From: an archaeon
Lineage (GTDB): Archaea; Nanobdellota; Nanobdellia; Woesearchaeales; SM23-78
NCBI GenBank assembly: GCA_043801165.1
Contig: JAZDMG010000007.1
Location: forward strand, 70,155-134,154
Direction: 5' to 3'
DNA length: 64,000 nucleotides
A program made the position numbers and the translations under genes. The notes below the pieces were generated by a model that did no database searches, was not told where the DNA came from, and saw nothing but the letters and a program-made list of their open reading frames with translations. The stretch's first letter is position 1, and every line of letters begins with the position of its first letter. Shown here one piece after another: positions 9,935 to 20,700 of this stretch.

Positions 9935-10786
9935 TCAATTATTCTTAGCCCATTTATTAACCATGCTATCCAACGTTCCATCTTGCCTCATCTCTCTTAA
10001 GATAGCATTAATCTCGTTCATCAAAGCATCATTTCCTTTCTTAGTGGCAATGCCATAGAACTCTTCTGTCAGTTTAAAGTCCAATATTTTAAGCTCAGGA
10101 TTGCTCTTGACAATGCTTAAAGCCACAATATAATCAACAATCATTGCGTCAGCATCCTTATTTTTGAGGTGATCAGTCGAAATATCCTGGCTTTCATACT
10201 TCAATAAGAGCGCCTGATCCACATATTCCTGCGCAGCCTCATCACCAGTAGTATCCTTGAGAACCGCCACTTTCCTGCCTTTTAAATCATCTAATTCCTT
10301 AATATTATCGTTCTCCCGCCTAATAACAATTGCCTGGCCGCCATCCATGTAAGGATTGCTAAAAAGCATCTCTTCCATTCTCCGCGGATTTATCGTTATG
10401 GTATCAATGATGACATCAAACCTCCCTGATTTCACATCATCAAATAAGCCATCCCAAGGCACATCCTGAATCTCCACACCAACACCTAGTTCAGAGGCTA
10501 TCTTAGTTATAATATCTATATCAAAACCGACTATTTTTCCTGTTTCATCATAGTATTCCATCGGTGCATAAGGCAAGTTGGTCCCGACAAGAAGCTTCCC
10601 ACGCTCTTTAACTTTCATCAGCGAATCATCACTTACGCCATTATTCGTCTGAACTGAGCTGCAGCCAGACAGAATTGATAATAGGGCTGTCGCTGCTAAA
10701 CATACTGCCATGATCGCCATGATCGCCATGCTCCTCATCAACCATGTGTTTTTTGACATTTTGCTTCCTCCCTTATTTTTTTCCAA
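9935..10786 (-). CDS. Family-3 (PBPb/amino-acid type) solute-binding protein with lipobox (tandem paralog)
   Basis: The signal peptide ends ILSGCSS and is followed by the same SVQTNNGV as its neighbour. Contains ERGKLLVGTNLPYAPME, FDVIIDTITINPRR, FSNPY and DAMIVDY. The stop abuts the start of the downstream paralog. Confidence 0.85.
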   Translation of the reverse strand: MEKNKGGSKMSKNTWLMRSMAIMAIMAVCLAATALLSILSGCSSVQTNNGVSDDSLMKVKERGKLLVGTNLPYAPMEYYDETGKIVGFDIDIITKIASELGVGVEIQDVPWDGLFDDVKSGRFDVIIDTITINPRRMEEMLFSNPYMDGGQAIVIRRENDNIKELDDLKGRKVAVLKDTTGDEAAQEYVDQALLLKYESQDISTDHLKNKDADAMIVDYIVALSIVKSNPELKILDFKLTEEFYGIATKKGNDALMNEINAILREMRQDGTLDSMVNKWAKNN

Positions 10787-10816
10787 TCCTAACGCCGAAC
10801 CTTAATCGAATCCGAA

Positions 10817-11488
10817 TCAAACCTTAAAAAATGTGTATCCGACATCCTTGGCTGCGGCGCCGTATTTTGTCGCGCTTATAATATCCAAGACCTTATCCTC
10901 CACATGCTTGTATTGCTCTGGGAGAATCGTCATTGTCTTTTTCGCAGCAAACGCTTTATTGCCCAGGCTCAGCACTGCGTCCTCAGGAATATTGTAAACT
11001 CCCAGCCTGCACAAAGACCAGGCAGCGCTCAACAGAGCGCAGGTGTGCCTGTACATGAACTTGAACTCCTCCTCCAGGCTTATCTCCTCCTTGTCTTTCT
11101 CAAGCATAAGCACCTCCTTTCTCGGGTTGTTAAAATGCTCAAGCTTCAACAAGGGCTTCGGGATGTCCTGTATCAGCTGGTCGCCTACGACTCCCAGCTT
11201 TGACTCAAAGCCAATAAAATCAATGCTAACCCCCAGCTTATTGAGTTCTTCAACTATCCTCTGCTTGTCCAACCTAAAAATCGTCGGATGAAAATCATCA
11301 ACAAGCACTGAAACCACATAAGTCTTGCCCTCCAGCTCCAGCTTCTTGATGAACTCATTCAGGATGCTCACGCTCTTAACCTGCTCCTTGCTTAATTCCT
11401 TATCCGCATAGAAATGCGCGAATTCTATGTTATAATCTGTTTTGATATCAGCTTTACATTCAGTTTTATAATCAGTCTTATAACCCAT
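10817..11488 (-). CDS. Hypothetical cytoplasmic protein
   Basis: 223-aa ORF with balanced composition. Its start overlaps the stop of the upstream PAS gene by 11 nt (coupled). Low-complexity N-terminus (YKTDYKTECKADIKTDYN). No family recognised. Confidence 0.6.
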   Translation of the reverse strand: MGYKTDYKTECKADIKTDYNIEFAHFYADKELSKEQVKSVSILNEFIKKLELEGKTYVVSVLVDDFHPTIFRLDKQRIVEELNKLGVSIDFIGFESKLGVVGDQLIQDIPKPLLKLEHFNNPRKEVLMLEKDKEEISLEEEFKFMYRHTCALLSAAWSLCRLGVYNIPEDAVLSLGNKAFAAKKTMTILPEQYKHVEDKVLDIISATKYGAAAKDVGYTFFKV

Positions 11489-14486
11489 TTTTACCTCGTT
11501 TCACATCAAGCTTGCTCTCAAGCTCAGCAACCTTCTCTTTCAGCTCGACCATCTTGAGTTCCCTGCCAACTGATAGCTTGTTGAACTTCTCAAGCTCATC
11601 AGACCTGGACTTTAGCTCCTCCTGGGAAATAAGGCTGGCGATGGCAATGCCGGTCTCGCGGCTTATGAGCGCGAGAGTCTTCTTCTCATCCTCAGAGAAC
11701 GAATAATGCTTTGTGGTTGCTATATTGATACAACCAATGATTTTTTCCTTTGACAATAAAGGCATGCTAGCCAAGGCATGCATCTTGGATTCTTTTGCTA
11801 AAGAAGGGTGTATCAATGAATATTCATCTGTGATTACAGGCTTTCCTTCCTTCAGGACAATAGAGAAAGGTTTCTTGTCAATATTTACTCTCAGAATATG
11901 CTTTTTAACAAAAGCATCACTAAATCCTTTCCAGCACTTGAGCTCTGCGAAATGGGTGCGCTCATCAATAATGTATATGCCTCCTTTCTCAAAGCCGATG
12001 AAGTCGAGAATGACCAATAAGATTGACTGAAGAAAATCTGGAAGGTTTTCAGCCGCATTAGCTGCGCTCATGATAAGATTGATAGTCTCGCTCTCGCGCG
12101 TCCTTAAACGCATGAACTCCTCTGACTTCTTTTTCTCAGTGACATCATCATAGACCGCTATTACCTCTCCCGAAGGAAGCTTATACACATAATTTTCTCG
12201 CCAATTGGCAATATGGTCATCCTTATACAATGAGATGGGGTGGTTCTCTGGCTTGCCGGTCTTCCAGACCCTCCTGAAAACATCCAGCAGGCCGAACTCT
12301 CGCACGCCAGGAAAAACGACGGTGACTTTCTTGCCAATGACATCCTCTTTCTTTATTTTCTCAGTCTTCTCAGCAGAAGGGTTGCACTCCCTGATAATAA
12401 AATCTTTTCCACCATCAACTGCCTCATATACTGCGACAGCGCTATTTATCTTGTTAACAAGCTCGCGATATCTAGACTCATTCTCCAGCAGGACGCTGTT
12501 TGCCATCTCCTGCTCGCTGACATCACGCATCGCCCCAAGCATACGATAAGGCTTGTCGCTCTTGTCCTTCAGGAACACTCCTTCCTCATGTATGAATACA
12601 TAATGCCCGCTCTTAGAGCGAAACCTGTACTGAACAAAATATTTGTCTCCTTTCACACGAGCCTTATCGAGCAGATCAACTGCCAGCTTCCTGTCATCAG
12701 AATGTATCATCTCTTCCCAACGCCGGATATCAACTTTCTCGAATTCTTTCTCAGAATAGCCTGTGATTGATTCGATAGCCCCTGACCAGATTATCTTTCC
12801 GGAAGCGAGGTCATAGTCATAAATCAGCTGGCCGGTCTGCTTGGAGACAAGTTCGTAGCGCTCCTCAGAGGATTTAAGGCTTTCTTCAGCTTTCTTTCGA
12901 TTAGCTATGTCTCGGCAGAGCGATATGATGCGTATCGACTCACCCGAGCCTACAACGGATGCATTAATCTCAACGGGTGTGATTTCGCCCTTTTCATCAA
13001 CATAATCGAGGACAAGATCCTTAATAAAGCCGTCTTTGATACATTGGGCCACAGCAACCGAGTTTTTTTGCTTCTCATAATCAGCAGTCCACTCAATCAC
13101 ACTCTTCCCAAGGATATCGCTGAGCCTACGGCGGCCTGTCAACCGCACGTATTCTGCGTTCGCATCTATAACTTTGCCTTTCCAATCAAGAATCAGAAAT
13201 CCTGTATCTGTCGCCTCTACAAGAGCTCGATATTTCTCCTCACTCTCGCGCAAAGCAGCATCGGCCTCCTTCATCTTGGTTATGTCCTCCACAAAAAGCA
13301 TTACTTTCTCTACTTTGCCTGCTTCATCAAGCATAGGCATACCTGTGAAGTTGCGAACCGTCTTCTTCTTGCTGAAATGCGAAACATATTCAAGAGAGCC
13401 TACAAAGAAAGACTTACCATTAAAACAGGATCTTATCTTCACAGCCAATCCAAGTCTGACATAAGTCGGAAGCTTGAAGACATTCATCTGCTTGAAGTTC
13501 GCTTTTGAATCACCCGAAATCCTTAGCAGGGCAGGGTTAACATAATCAACAGAGCCATCTCTCATAATAGTCATGATGCCAAAGGGAGCGTTCTCAACCA
13601 GCGCAGAATTAAGACTGTTTATTCTCAAAAAGGATTCCTCTGCTTTCTTGCGCTTAGTGATGTCAAATACCCTCGCTTGAAGCACACCCTTACCATGCAG
13701 CACAATCTTATCAAGCAGCACCTCGGCAGGGAAATCAGTACCGTCCAAACGCCTATGTACATGCTCAAACCGCGCACTGCCTTCCTTTAGGGCGCGTGTA
13801 ATATTATTTCTGGCATAACGCCTCGAATCAGTGCCATCCGGCTGGGTCGGAGGAGAGAAATCTGCAGGATGCCTGCTGCAAAACTCCTCTTTGGTGGCAC
13901 AACCGAAAAGCCGCAGCGTTGCCTTATTGCAATCAAAAAAGCCTTTCTCATCAAGAAGCATTATCGCGTCACTTGATGAGTCGTATAGAAGCTGGAGCTT
14001 AATTTTACTCTCAAGCAGCGCCTCCTCCGACTTCTTCCGTTCGGTGATGTCTCGTATTATGCTCAGAAAGTGGGGACCGCTCTTAAGCTTGATTATGCCT
14101 CCTGAGATGAGTGCGGGAAAGATCTTTCCGGACCTGTCGCGGAATGAAGTCTCAAAATCAACAGCCCTGCCTTTGCGCCTGATGATCGCGATGTAGCGGT
14201 CCCTGTCGCCACGGTCAGCCCATAATCTTAGCTTAGAAGTGGTATTGCCTATCACCTCTCCTCTTGAGTATCCGCTGAGAAGAAGAGCGCTCTCATTCAC
14301 CTCGGCTATACGCCCATCGGGGACTGTCAACAGCATAAATGCGTCAGGGCTATAATGGAAGACAGCTGAGAATTTTTCCTCGCTCTCGCGCAAAGCCTCA
14401 TCCGTCATTTTCATGGCGGAAATATCATTGCTTTGAGCAGCACCATTCCTTTTTCTCGTTCTTGCTTTGCCAGAAATCCTTCTCAC
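11478..14486 (-). CDS. Cytoplasmic six-PAS + GAF sensor protein ending in a coiled coil, no transmitter domain
   Basis: Six S-box-type PAS units, each opened by a linker such as ALRESEEKFSAVF, ALRESEEKYRALVE, SSEERYELVS or LENESRYRELVN and closed by DIT.(R/K)K.(A/S)EE. A GAF-like segment follows (LQSILLVILDFIGFEKGGIYIIDE...). The C-terminus reads LEKFNKLSVGRELKMVELKEKVAELESKL. No H-box or ATPase. Confidence 0.85.
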   Translation of the reverse strand: MRRISGKARTRKRNGAAQSNDISAMKMTDEALRESEEKFSAVFHYSPDAFMLLTVPDGRIAEVNESALLLSGYSRGEVIGNTTSKLRLWADRGDRDRYIAIIRRKGRAVDFETSFRDRSGKIFPALISGGIIKLKSGPHFLSIIRDITERKKSEEALLESKIKLQLLYDSSSDAIMLLDEKGFFDCNKATLRLFGCATKEEFCSRHPADFSPPTQPDGTDSRRYARNNITRALKEGSARFEHVHRRLDGTDFPAEVLLDKIVLHGKGVLQARVFDITKRKKAEESFLRINSLNSALVENAPFGIMTIMRDGSVDYVNPALLRISGDSKANFKQMNVFKLPTYVRLGLAVKIRSCFNGKSFFVGSLEYVSHFSKKKTVRNFTGMPMLDEAGKVEKVMLFVEDITKMKEADAALRESEEKYRALVEATDTGFLILDWKGKVIDANAEYVRLTGRRRLSDILGKSVIEWTADYEKQKNSVAVAQCIKDGFIKDLVLDYVDEKGEITPVEINASVVGSGESIRIISLCRDIANRKKAEESLKSSEERYELVSKQTGQLIYDYDLASGKIIWSGAIESITGYSEKEFEKVDIRRWEEMIHSDDRKLAVDLLDKARVKGDKYFVQYRFRSKSGHYVFIHEEGVFLKDKSDKPYRMLGAMRDVSEQEMANSVLLENESRYRELVNKINSAVAVYEAVDGGKDFIIRECNPSAEKTEKIKKEDVIGKKVTVVFPGVREFGLLDVFRRVWKTGKPENHPISLYKDDHIANWRENYVYKLPSGEVIAVYDDVTEKKKSEEFMRLRTRESETINLIMSAANAAENLPDFLQSILLVILDFIGFEKGGIYIIDERTHFAELKCWKGFSDAFVKKHILRVNIDKKPFSIVLKEGKPVITDEYSLIHPSLAKESKMHALASMPLLSKEKIIGCINIATTKHYSFSEDEKKTLALISRETGIAIASLISQEELKSRSDELEKFNKLSVGRELKMVELKEKVAELESKLDVKRGKNGL

Positions 14487-14540
14487 AAAAATACCCTCTT
14501 TTTACGCAATTCCCTTTAACAACCTACCCTCATTCAATAG

Positions 14541-14555
14541 TATATTAATGTTTCG
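14541..14555 (-). promoter_or_regulatory. BRE/TATA-like promoter for the PAS/GAF gene
   Basis: The plus strand reads TATATTAATGTTTCG, so the minus strand reads CGAAACA-TTAATATA, ~55 nt upstream of the ATG at 14486. Confidence 0.5.
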
Positions 14556-14726
14556 CTAAACAATCGGGTGACCGCTTCAACGGCAGCATCGGCCTGATGG
14601 ACGCCATCGGATCAACATAGCAAAGTTTTTAAACCTGCGCAACCAATGAAAAAGACAGAGGGTGGGTGAGCATTCAATTTGCTCTCCGAATGACGTTAAT
14701 CAGTACAGGTTCCACGCTGAGCAAGA

Positions 14727-17700
14727 ATGGCAAATAAGCTATTTTATTCGTACACTAAATATTATAATATACCCGGCATATCACTAGGCATAGCTATTTC
14801 TGACCAAAAGCGAGCAAAGAGCCCGGTCTCAGACAATCCAAGGAATCACGTTCTTTTAGGGGAGGGTTGCGCCAAGAGCTCAGCGTGGAAGCAAAAGCAT
14901 CCAGGCGCAGCCCTCTTTTTTTACCTATTCACGCTGATAGCCATAATTCTCCAGGCAGTCCTGTGCAGCGCCCAAGGACAGATAGCATTGGACAAATCTC
15001 AGTATGGCGTCGGGGAGACTGTCAAGATAAAACTGATGAACGCAAGCCAGGACTTCGCACTCAATATAATCTCAGATAACGATGTCTTCAGGTATTCTGG
15101 TGAGCTCAAGGCAGAGATGGACTTCTACCCGACAAAGGAGGGGCAATACACGGTGCGCCTGAATGATCCTGGCAATAATATCCTGCTTGATGAGAAAACA
15201 TTCAGCGTCTCATACGATTACACGATAAGCAAGCCGGCTCTACTCTACACAGACAAGAAAGAATATCTCCTGGATGAGGCAGTGCAGATATTCGTGAACA
15301 CAAGCAGCGGAGGAGAATCAGCGGCTGAGCAGGAGCTCAGGATAGTATCAGACAAGGAATCGCTGAAATACCTCGGCGCCATAGACAGCCCGATCTCGTT
15401 CCTGCCACGCTATGCCGGCGCATACCAGCTCAAATTGATAAATCGATTCGTGCCTGTGGCCACCGCAGAATTCCTTGTGCTGAACCAGAGCATCAACGAA
15501 GCTGCCGCAGAGATCCCTGAGCAGCCAGAGACCCAGGCAACGGATAACAGGAGCTTTGAGAAGAACCAGACAGAGACAGGCATGGTCGGCATAGGCGTCC
15601 TGGACCAACAATCGACAGCCCAGAAACAGCAGGATGTTGGACTAGGAGCGATAGTAATCGACGACCAGCTGCTGCTGGCAGAGGACCAAGAGCTGGAGCT
15701 GCAGGCACCGAGAGGATTGAACATCACGCTGCCTTTCAGGTTAGAGCTCAGGGCAAGGCGCGGAGCCACGGCGAATGAAGACATAAGGAACAGCATAAGC
15801 ATCCTGAGAGCAGAAGGGACAAGATACGACGTCGAATACCTGCCTAGAAAAGCAAACATAAAAAGCATAGTTTTCAACAATCTCAAGCTGGACAGCGACA
15901 GGAGCTTTGATTTCGACGAGGTCACCCTCAAGAAAGAAGAATCCAAAAAAGAGCTGAGGGACAAGAAGATAGTCAAATCATTCTTCATAGACACAGCCCA
16001 GCTGAACTACACCAACGGCACAATAACAGCGATAGCGCTGGGCAAAGAGCTCTGGAAATGCAAAGAATGGAACTCCACCAGGGAGATATGCCTCGGCAAC
16101 TGGACTAAGGTACAGGACCTAACCCCTGGGAAGGAATACGAGATCATAATCACACCAGAAGACCCTGCCTACGCAGAGACCGGAGTGGCCAGCATAAACA
16201 CCAAGAAGCCAATATACCATCCGAACGAGACTGCAGAGATGATAATGGTTGTCCTGAACACAAAAGGACGCCTTGTCTCTAACGCGCAGGTGACGTTGTC
16301 AATTACAGCGCCTGACAGCACAACAACGACGCTAACCACAGCCAGCCAGGGCATAAAAGAGAGCAGCAGGGGGATATATGAGGCAGCCTACAGCAAGACA
16401 GGGCTGGAAGGCGAGTATTCGATGTTCGTCACAGCAACAGGATGGAACGTCAACTACAGCATGCAGTCGAGCTTTGAGGTGAGAGAGTTCTATGAGTTCG
16501 ACATCATAAGGGATACGCCTGTGACAATAGACCCCTGGCAGGGACCGTTCCAATCACGCATACAGCTGATGCCATACATCAACGTAACAAGCTATGATTT
16601 CACAGAAATCCTCCCCTCAGAGTTCGTTGTCACAGACAGCGGAGGAGCGCAGCAGAGGACAATAAACAACCAGACTTTCTTGACCTGGACAAACCTGAGC
16701 AGTGTAGAAACAGTTGGATACGAAGCCAACGCCCCACTGATAACACCGAACCTCTATGCGCTGGGCAGGTCATTCATAACCTATTTCGCCCAGGGAACAA
16801 ACATGCTGTTCACAGAAGCAAGGAACTGGTTCCTGGCTATAGATCCGCTGCAAAACCTCTTCTTCGATGATTTCGAGTCTTGGGGATGCAGGACAACAGG
16901 AGCGCCTATAGCAGGAAACAACTGCTTATACAGCGCAAATTGGGGACAGTTCACCAATTGCAACACTCCATCGACAGCAAGGTTCTGCACATCGGACGAT
17001 GGAAAAGAAGGGAATCACACCGCCAACTCCTATGCTATACAGATGACCAACTGGGTGATGGACTCAAGTGCAGGCCTATGGTTCACGCTAGATCCAAGCA
17101 TATACGACGACATAAACGTGAACGGATACATCTACGGAGCAAGCCTAGACAACGTCAGAGAATACTGCGCGATATGGGCAAGAGACTCAAACTCGATAGC
17201 ACCGATATACAACTGCACAAACACAATATGCACCGGAACAGACACAACCCCGCAGACAGATCTATACATCTATTTCAATATAAACCTGAGCAGCCTGAGC
17301 GGGATAAACCTTAGCGAAAGCAACATATCAGTGCACATAGGAGGAGCGCACTCAAACACAGCAGACTACTGCTTCTTCGACAGGATAAACATAACAGGGA
17401 TAGCATACCCGCCGAACATAACAAACCTGACCAACCCGCCAAACAACACCGTAACAAACCTGACAACAATCCAGTTCAACTTCACTGTCAACGCGACAAA
17501 AGACCTGGTGCTACCTAACTGCACGCTGTGGACAGACATGAACGGAAGCTGGATGGAAAACAGCACAATTTACAACGTGAGCAGGAACAGCATAACCAAC
17601 ATAACATTAGCAGACCTGCCAGACGGGACATTCAAATGGAATGTGATATGCTACACAAGGACAGGGCTCTACGACTGGTACGACAGCAACTACACATTGA

Positions 17701-20700
17701 CCATAGACGCCAGGCCTCCGATAAAGACAATCACAAGCATAGACAAGGACACCAGCGAGCCATGGAACACAACAAACAGAAACCCAGTGATAAACATAAC
17801 ACTCAACAAGAACGGGACATGCAGACTAAGCACGACAGATTCAAACTTCACAAGCATACCAAGCTATTACAATTGCACTGGAGCAAAAACAGCCAACATA
17901 AGCTGCACATACACAGGAACACAGCTAAACATAGGAACAAATTACCTATACGTAATATGCAATGACACATCAGGCCACAACGATAACACGACCTCGAACC
18001 TTGACATAACCTTCGAGGTCCTATGCGACGCACACAGCGACTGCGACAGCACATCATACTGCGACTACACCCAATACTGCCACTCTGATGAGCTAGCAGG
18101 CTATCCCTGCAACACACAAGCGCACACAGGGCTCGCATGGAATGATGTCTGCGGCAACGGCATCAATAGGTACTGCGTCAACGACAGCAGCTACAGCTAC
18201 ACAGGATGGTACTGCACAGGATCAGCAACAGACTGCGTATATAATGACCAGGGAAAAAGCTATGCGCTGGGCGAGACACTGTGCATCTCAGGAGTGAACG
18301 ATTACAGGAATTGCAGCAACAGCAACCTCTGGAGCAGCCAGGTCGACTGCGCTGAACAATTTGACGCGCATAACCAGTCTGCGACATACCATCCAGGCCT
18401 ATACTGCGGATACTATGGAACAGACCAAAGCTGCGTAAATGGTACATCCGGAGGATGCTCAGGAGCATCGACAGCATGCAATCCCTATATCTACAACCAG
18501 ACCATCACCGCATGCGGAAGCACACTAGAGGAATGCGACTGGGGATGCGGAGCAGGATGCGATGCCGGCAACAGCACAGCACCCGGGATAGCCAGCGGAA
18601 CATGCTACTACAACAAGAACTGCAATATCAACTGTTTATGGAGTCAGAGCTCAGAGGGAGCGCCTTCTTTCTGCATCAACGACAACGACGGAGGATCATG
18701 CGCATACAGCAACAGGACAGACCCGACGACATCAGACACATGCTACTGGAACGCCAGCTGCCAGAACACAGTTGGAGCGACCCTGAACAATAACAGCATA
18801 TTAATGGCAGACTACTGCGACTATTGCAACCAATACGGAAACCAAACAGGACAATACTCACCTGCACCAAACACGAGCTGCAGCTCAAACTGCGCAAATA
18901 GCGGAACCATCTATTATGATTCGGGTGGAACACCAGCGGACAGGAGCAATGACTGCAGCAACGGAATAACAATCATGCTGGGCGACACATTGACCCTTGG
19001 CGACATATGGAACGGAAGCGCACCGGCGCAATGCGACGCGGCAGAATGCAACCTAGACTGCGGAACAATGATAGGGACCTGCAGCGCAGGGATATGCAAC
19101 TGCACAGATCAGGACAATCCGCAATTGATATTGATCTGGCCAGACAACCTGACCTGGACCAACAACGCAAGCGTACAGTTCAGGTACAATGTCACAGACA
19201 TAAGCTCACAGATAAAGAACTGCTCATTAATCATAAACAATGTGGTGAACAGGACCAACACAAGCATCAACAAGAGCGTGGCAGAGCAGAGATTCATCGC
19301 GAACATGACCAACGGAACCTCCAACTGGAGCATAAGATGCTATGACAACAGCAGCAGCTTCAACCTCAACCAGTCAGAGACAAGAATCCTCGGGATAGAT
19401 ACGACGATCCCGCCCCTATTAAACCCGAGGATAAACGGGACCAATTTCACCATAAACAAGAACATATGCCTGAACATAACAGCGAACGACACATACTCAG
19501 GCATAAAAGACATCATAGCAACAATAATACCGCCCGGCCAGCCGGCAGAGAACATAACCCTGTACGACAACGCGACCACAAGCTGCGACGGGGCCAATGG
19601 AAACGGAGTATACTCTGCAGTATACGCATTGATATTCTCAGGCACATACAACTGGAGCTCAGCCTACGCCATAGACGATGCAAACAACCAGAACCTGACC
19701 TATCCAAACCTGCGCTGGAACGTCACCACCGGAGGGATAGTCAATGTGAGCATGAATTACCCGACGGCCAACATCAAGATAAACGAATCAGAATACAATT
19801 ATTTCTACGTGCAGAATTGCACCGCAGCCTGCAGCAACTCAGGAAGCAGCAACTGCACCGATGTAACCGTATCGATAGAATACTACCTCGCAGGGAGCTA
19901 TGAAACAATCAACACCACAACGACAGATCTAATCAGCAACAAGACATCATACTCCTGCGGCAACGTGACCCGAGGCAGCAACTGCACAACGACATTCAAC
20001 GTCACCGCAGGGCCGGGCAACAAGAGCTGGCCTGTCAGGTGCCGGGCAGATGGCGTCAACAGCGCGACAGCATTCTCAATCTCAAGGAACGTGACGATAA
20101 ACGACCACCCGACAGCCGGGATACTATACCCGATAAGCAGCCAGTGGCTGAAAGGAATCACCTATATCAACGCAAGCATCAGCTTCGACAGCGACGGATT
20201 AATCATCAACTACACCTTCAGCTATGACAACAACACAGCATTCAGCTCCCCGTCAATGATATGCAACGGAACAAGCAACAACTGCACATGGAACACCACT
20301 GCGCAGAACCAATGCCAGAACAACAGCATGAGCTGCTATCTGAGAGTGACTGTGACAGACAACGACAGGCTAACCAATAGCACATACATAATAGTCGGAT
20401 TCGATACCCAAGGACCGACGACAATCATAGGCAACCCTCAGAACTTCACCAACATAACAACCAGCCAGTACACTGTGAACGCGACAGTGACCGACAATGA
20501 GATAGGTACTATCAATCTGGTGATTTTCGAATACAGGGAAAACAGTACCGCATCATGGAAACAGGCATGCAACGACTCAGACCGGACAGCGCCATATGAA
20601 TGCAGCTGGAACACAACATCCCTGCTCGACGGAAAGACCTACGAAGTCAGAGCATATTCCACAGACGGGCTGAACAACACAGGAGCTGCGGACACAAGAA

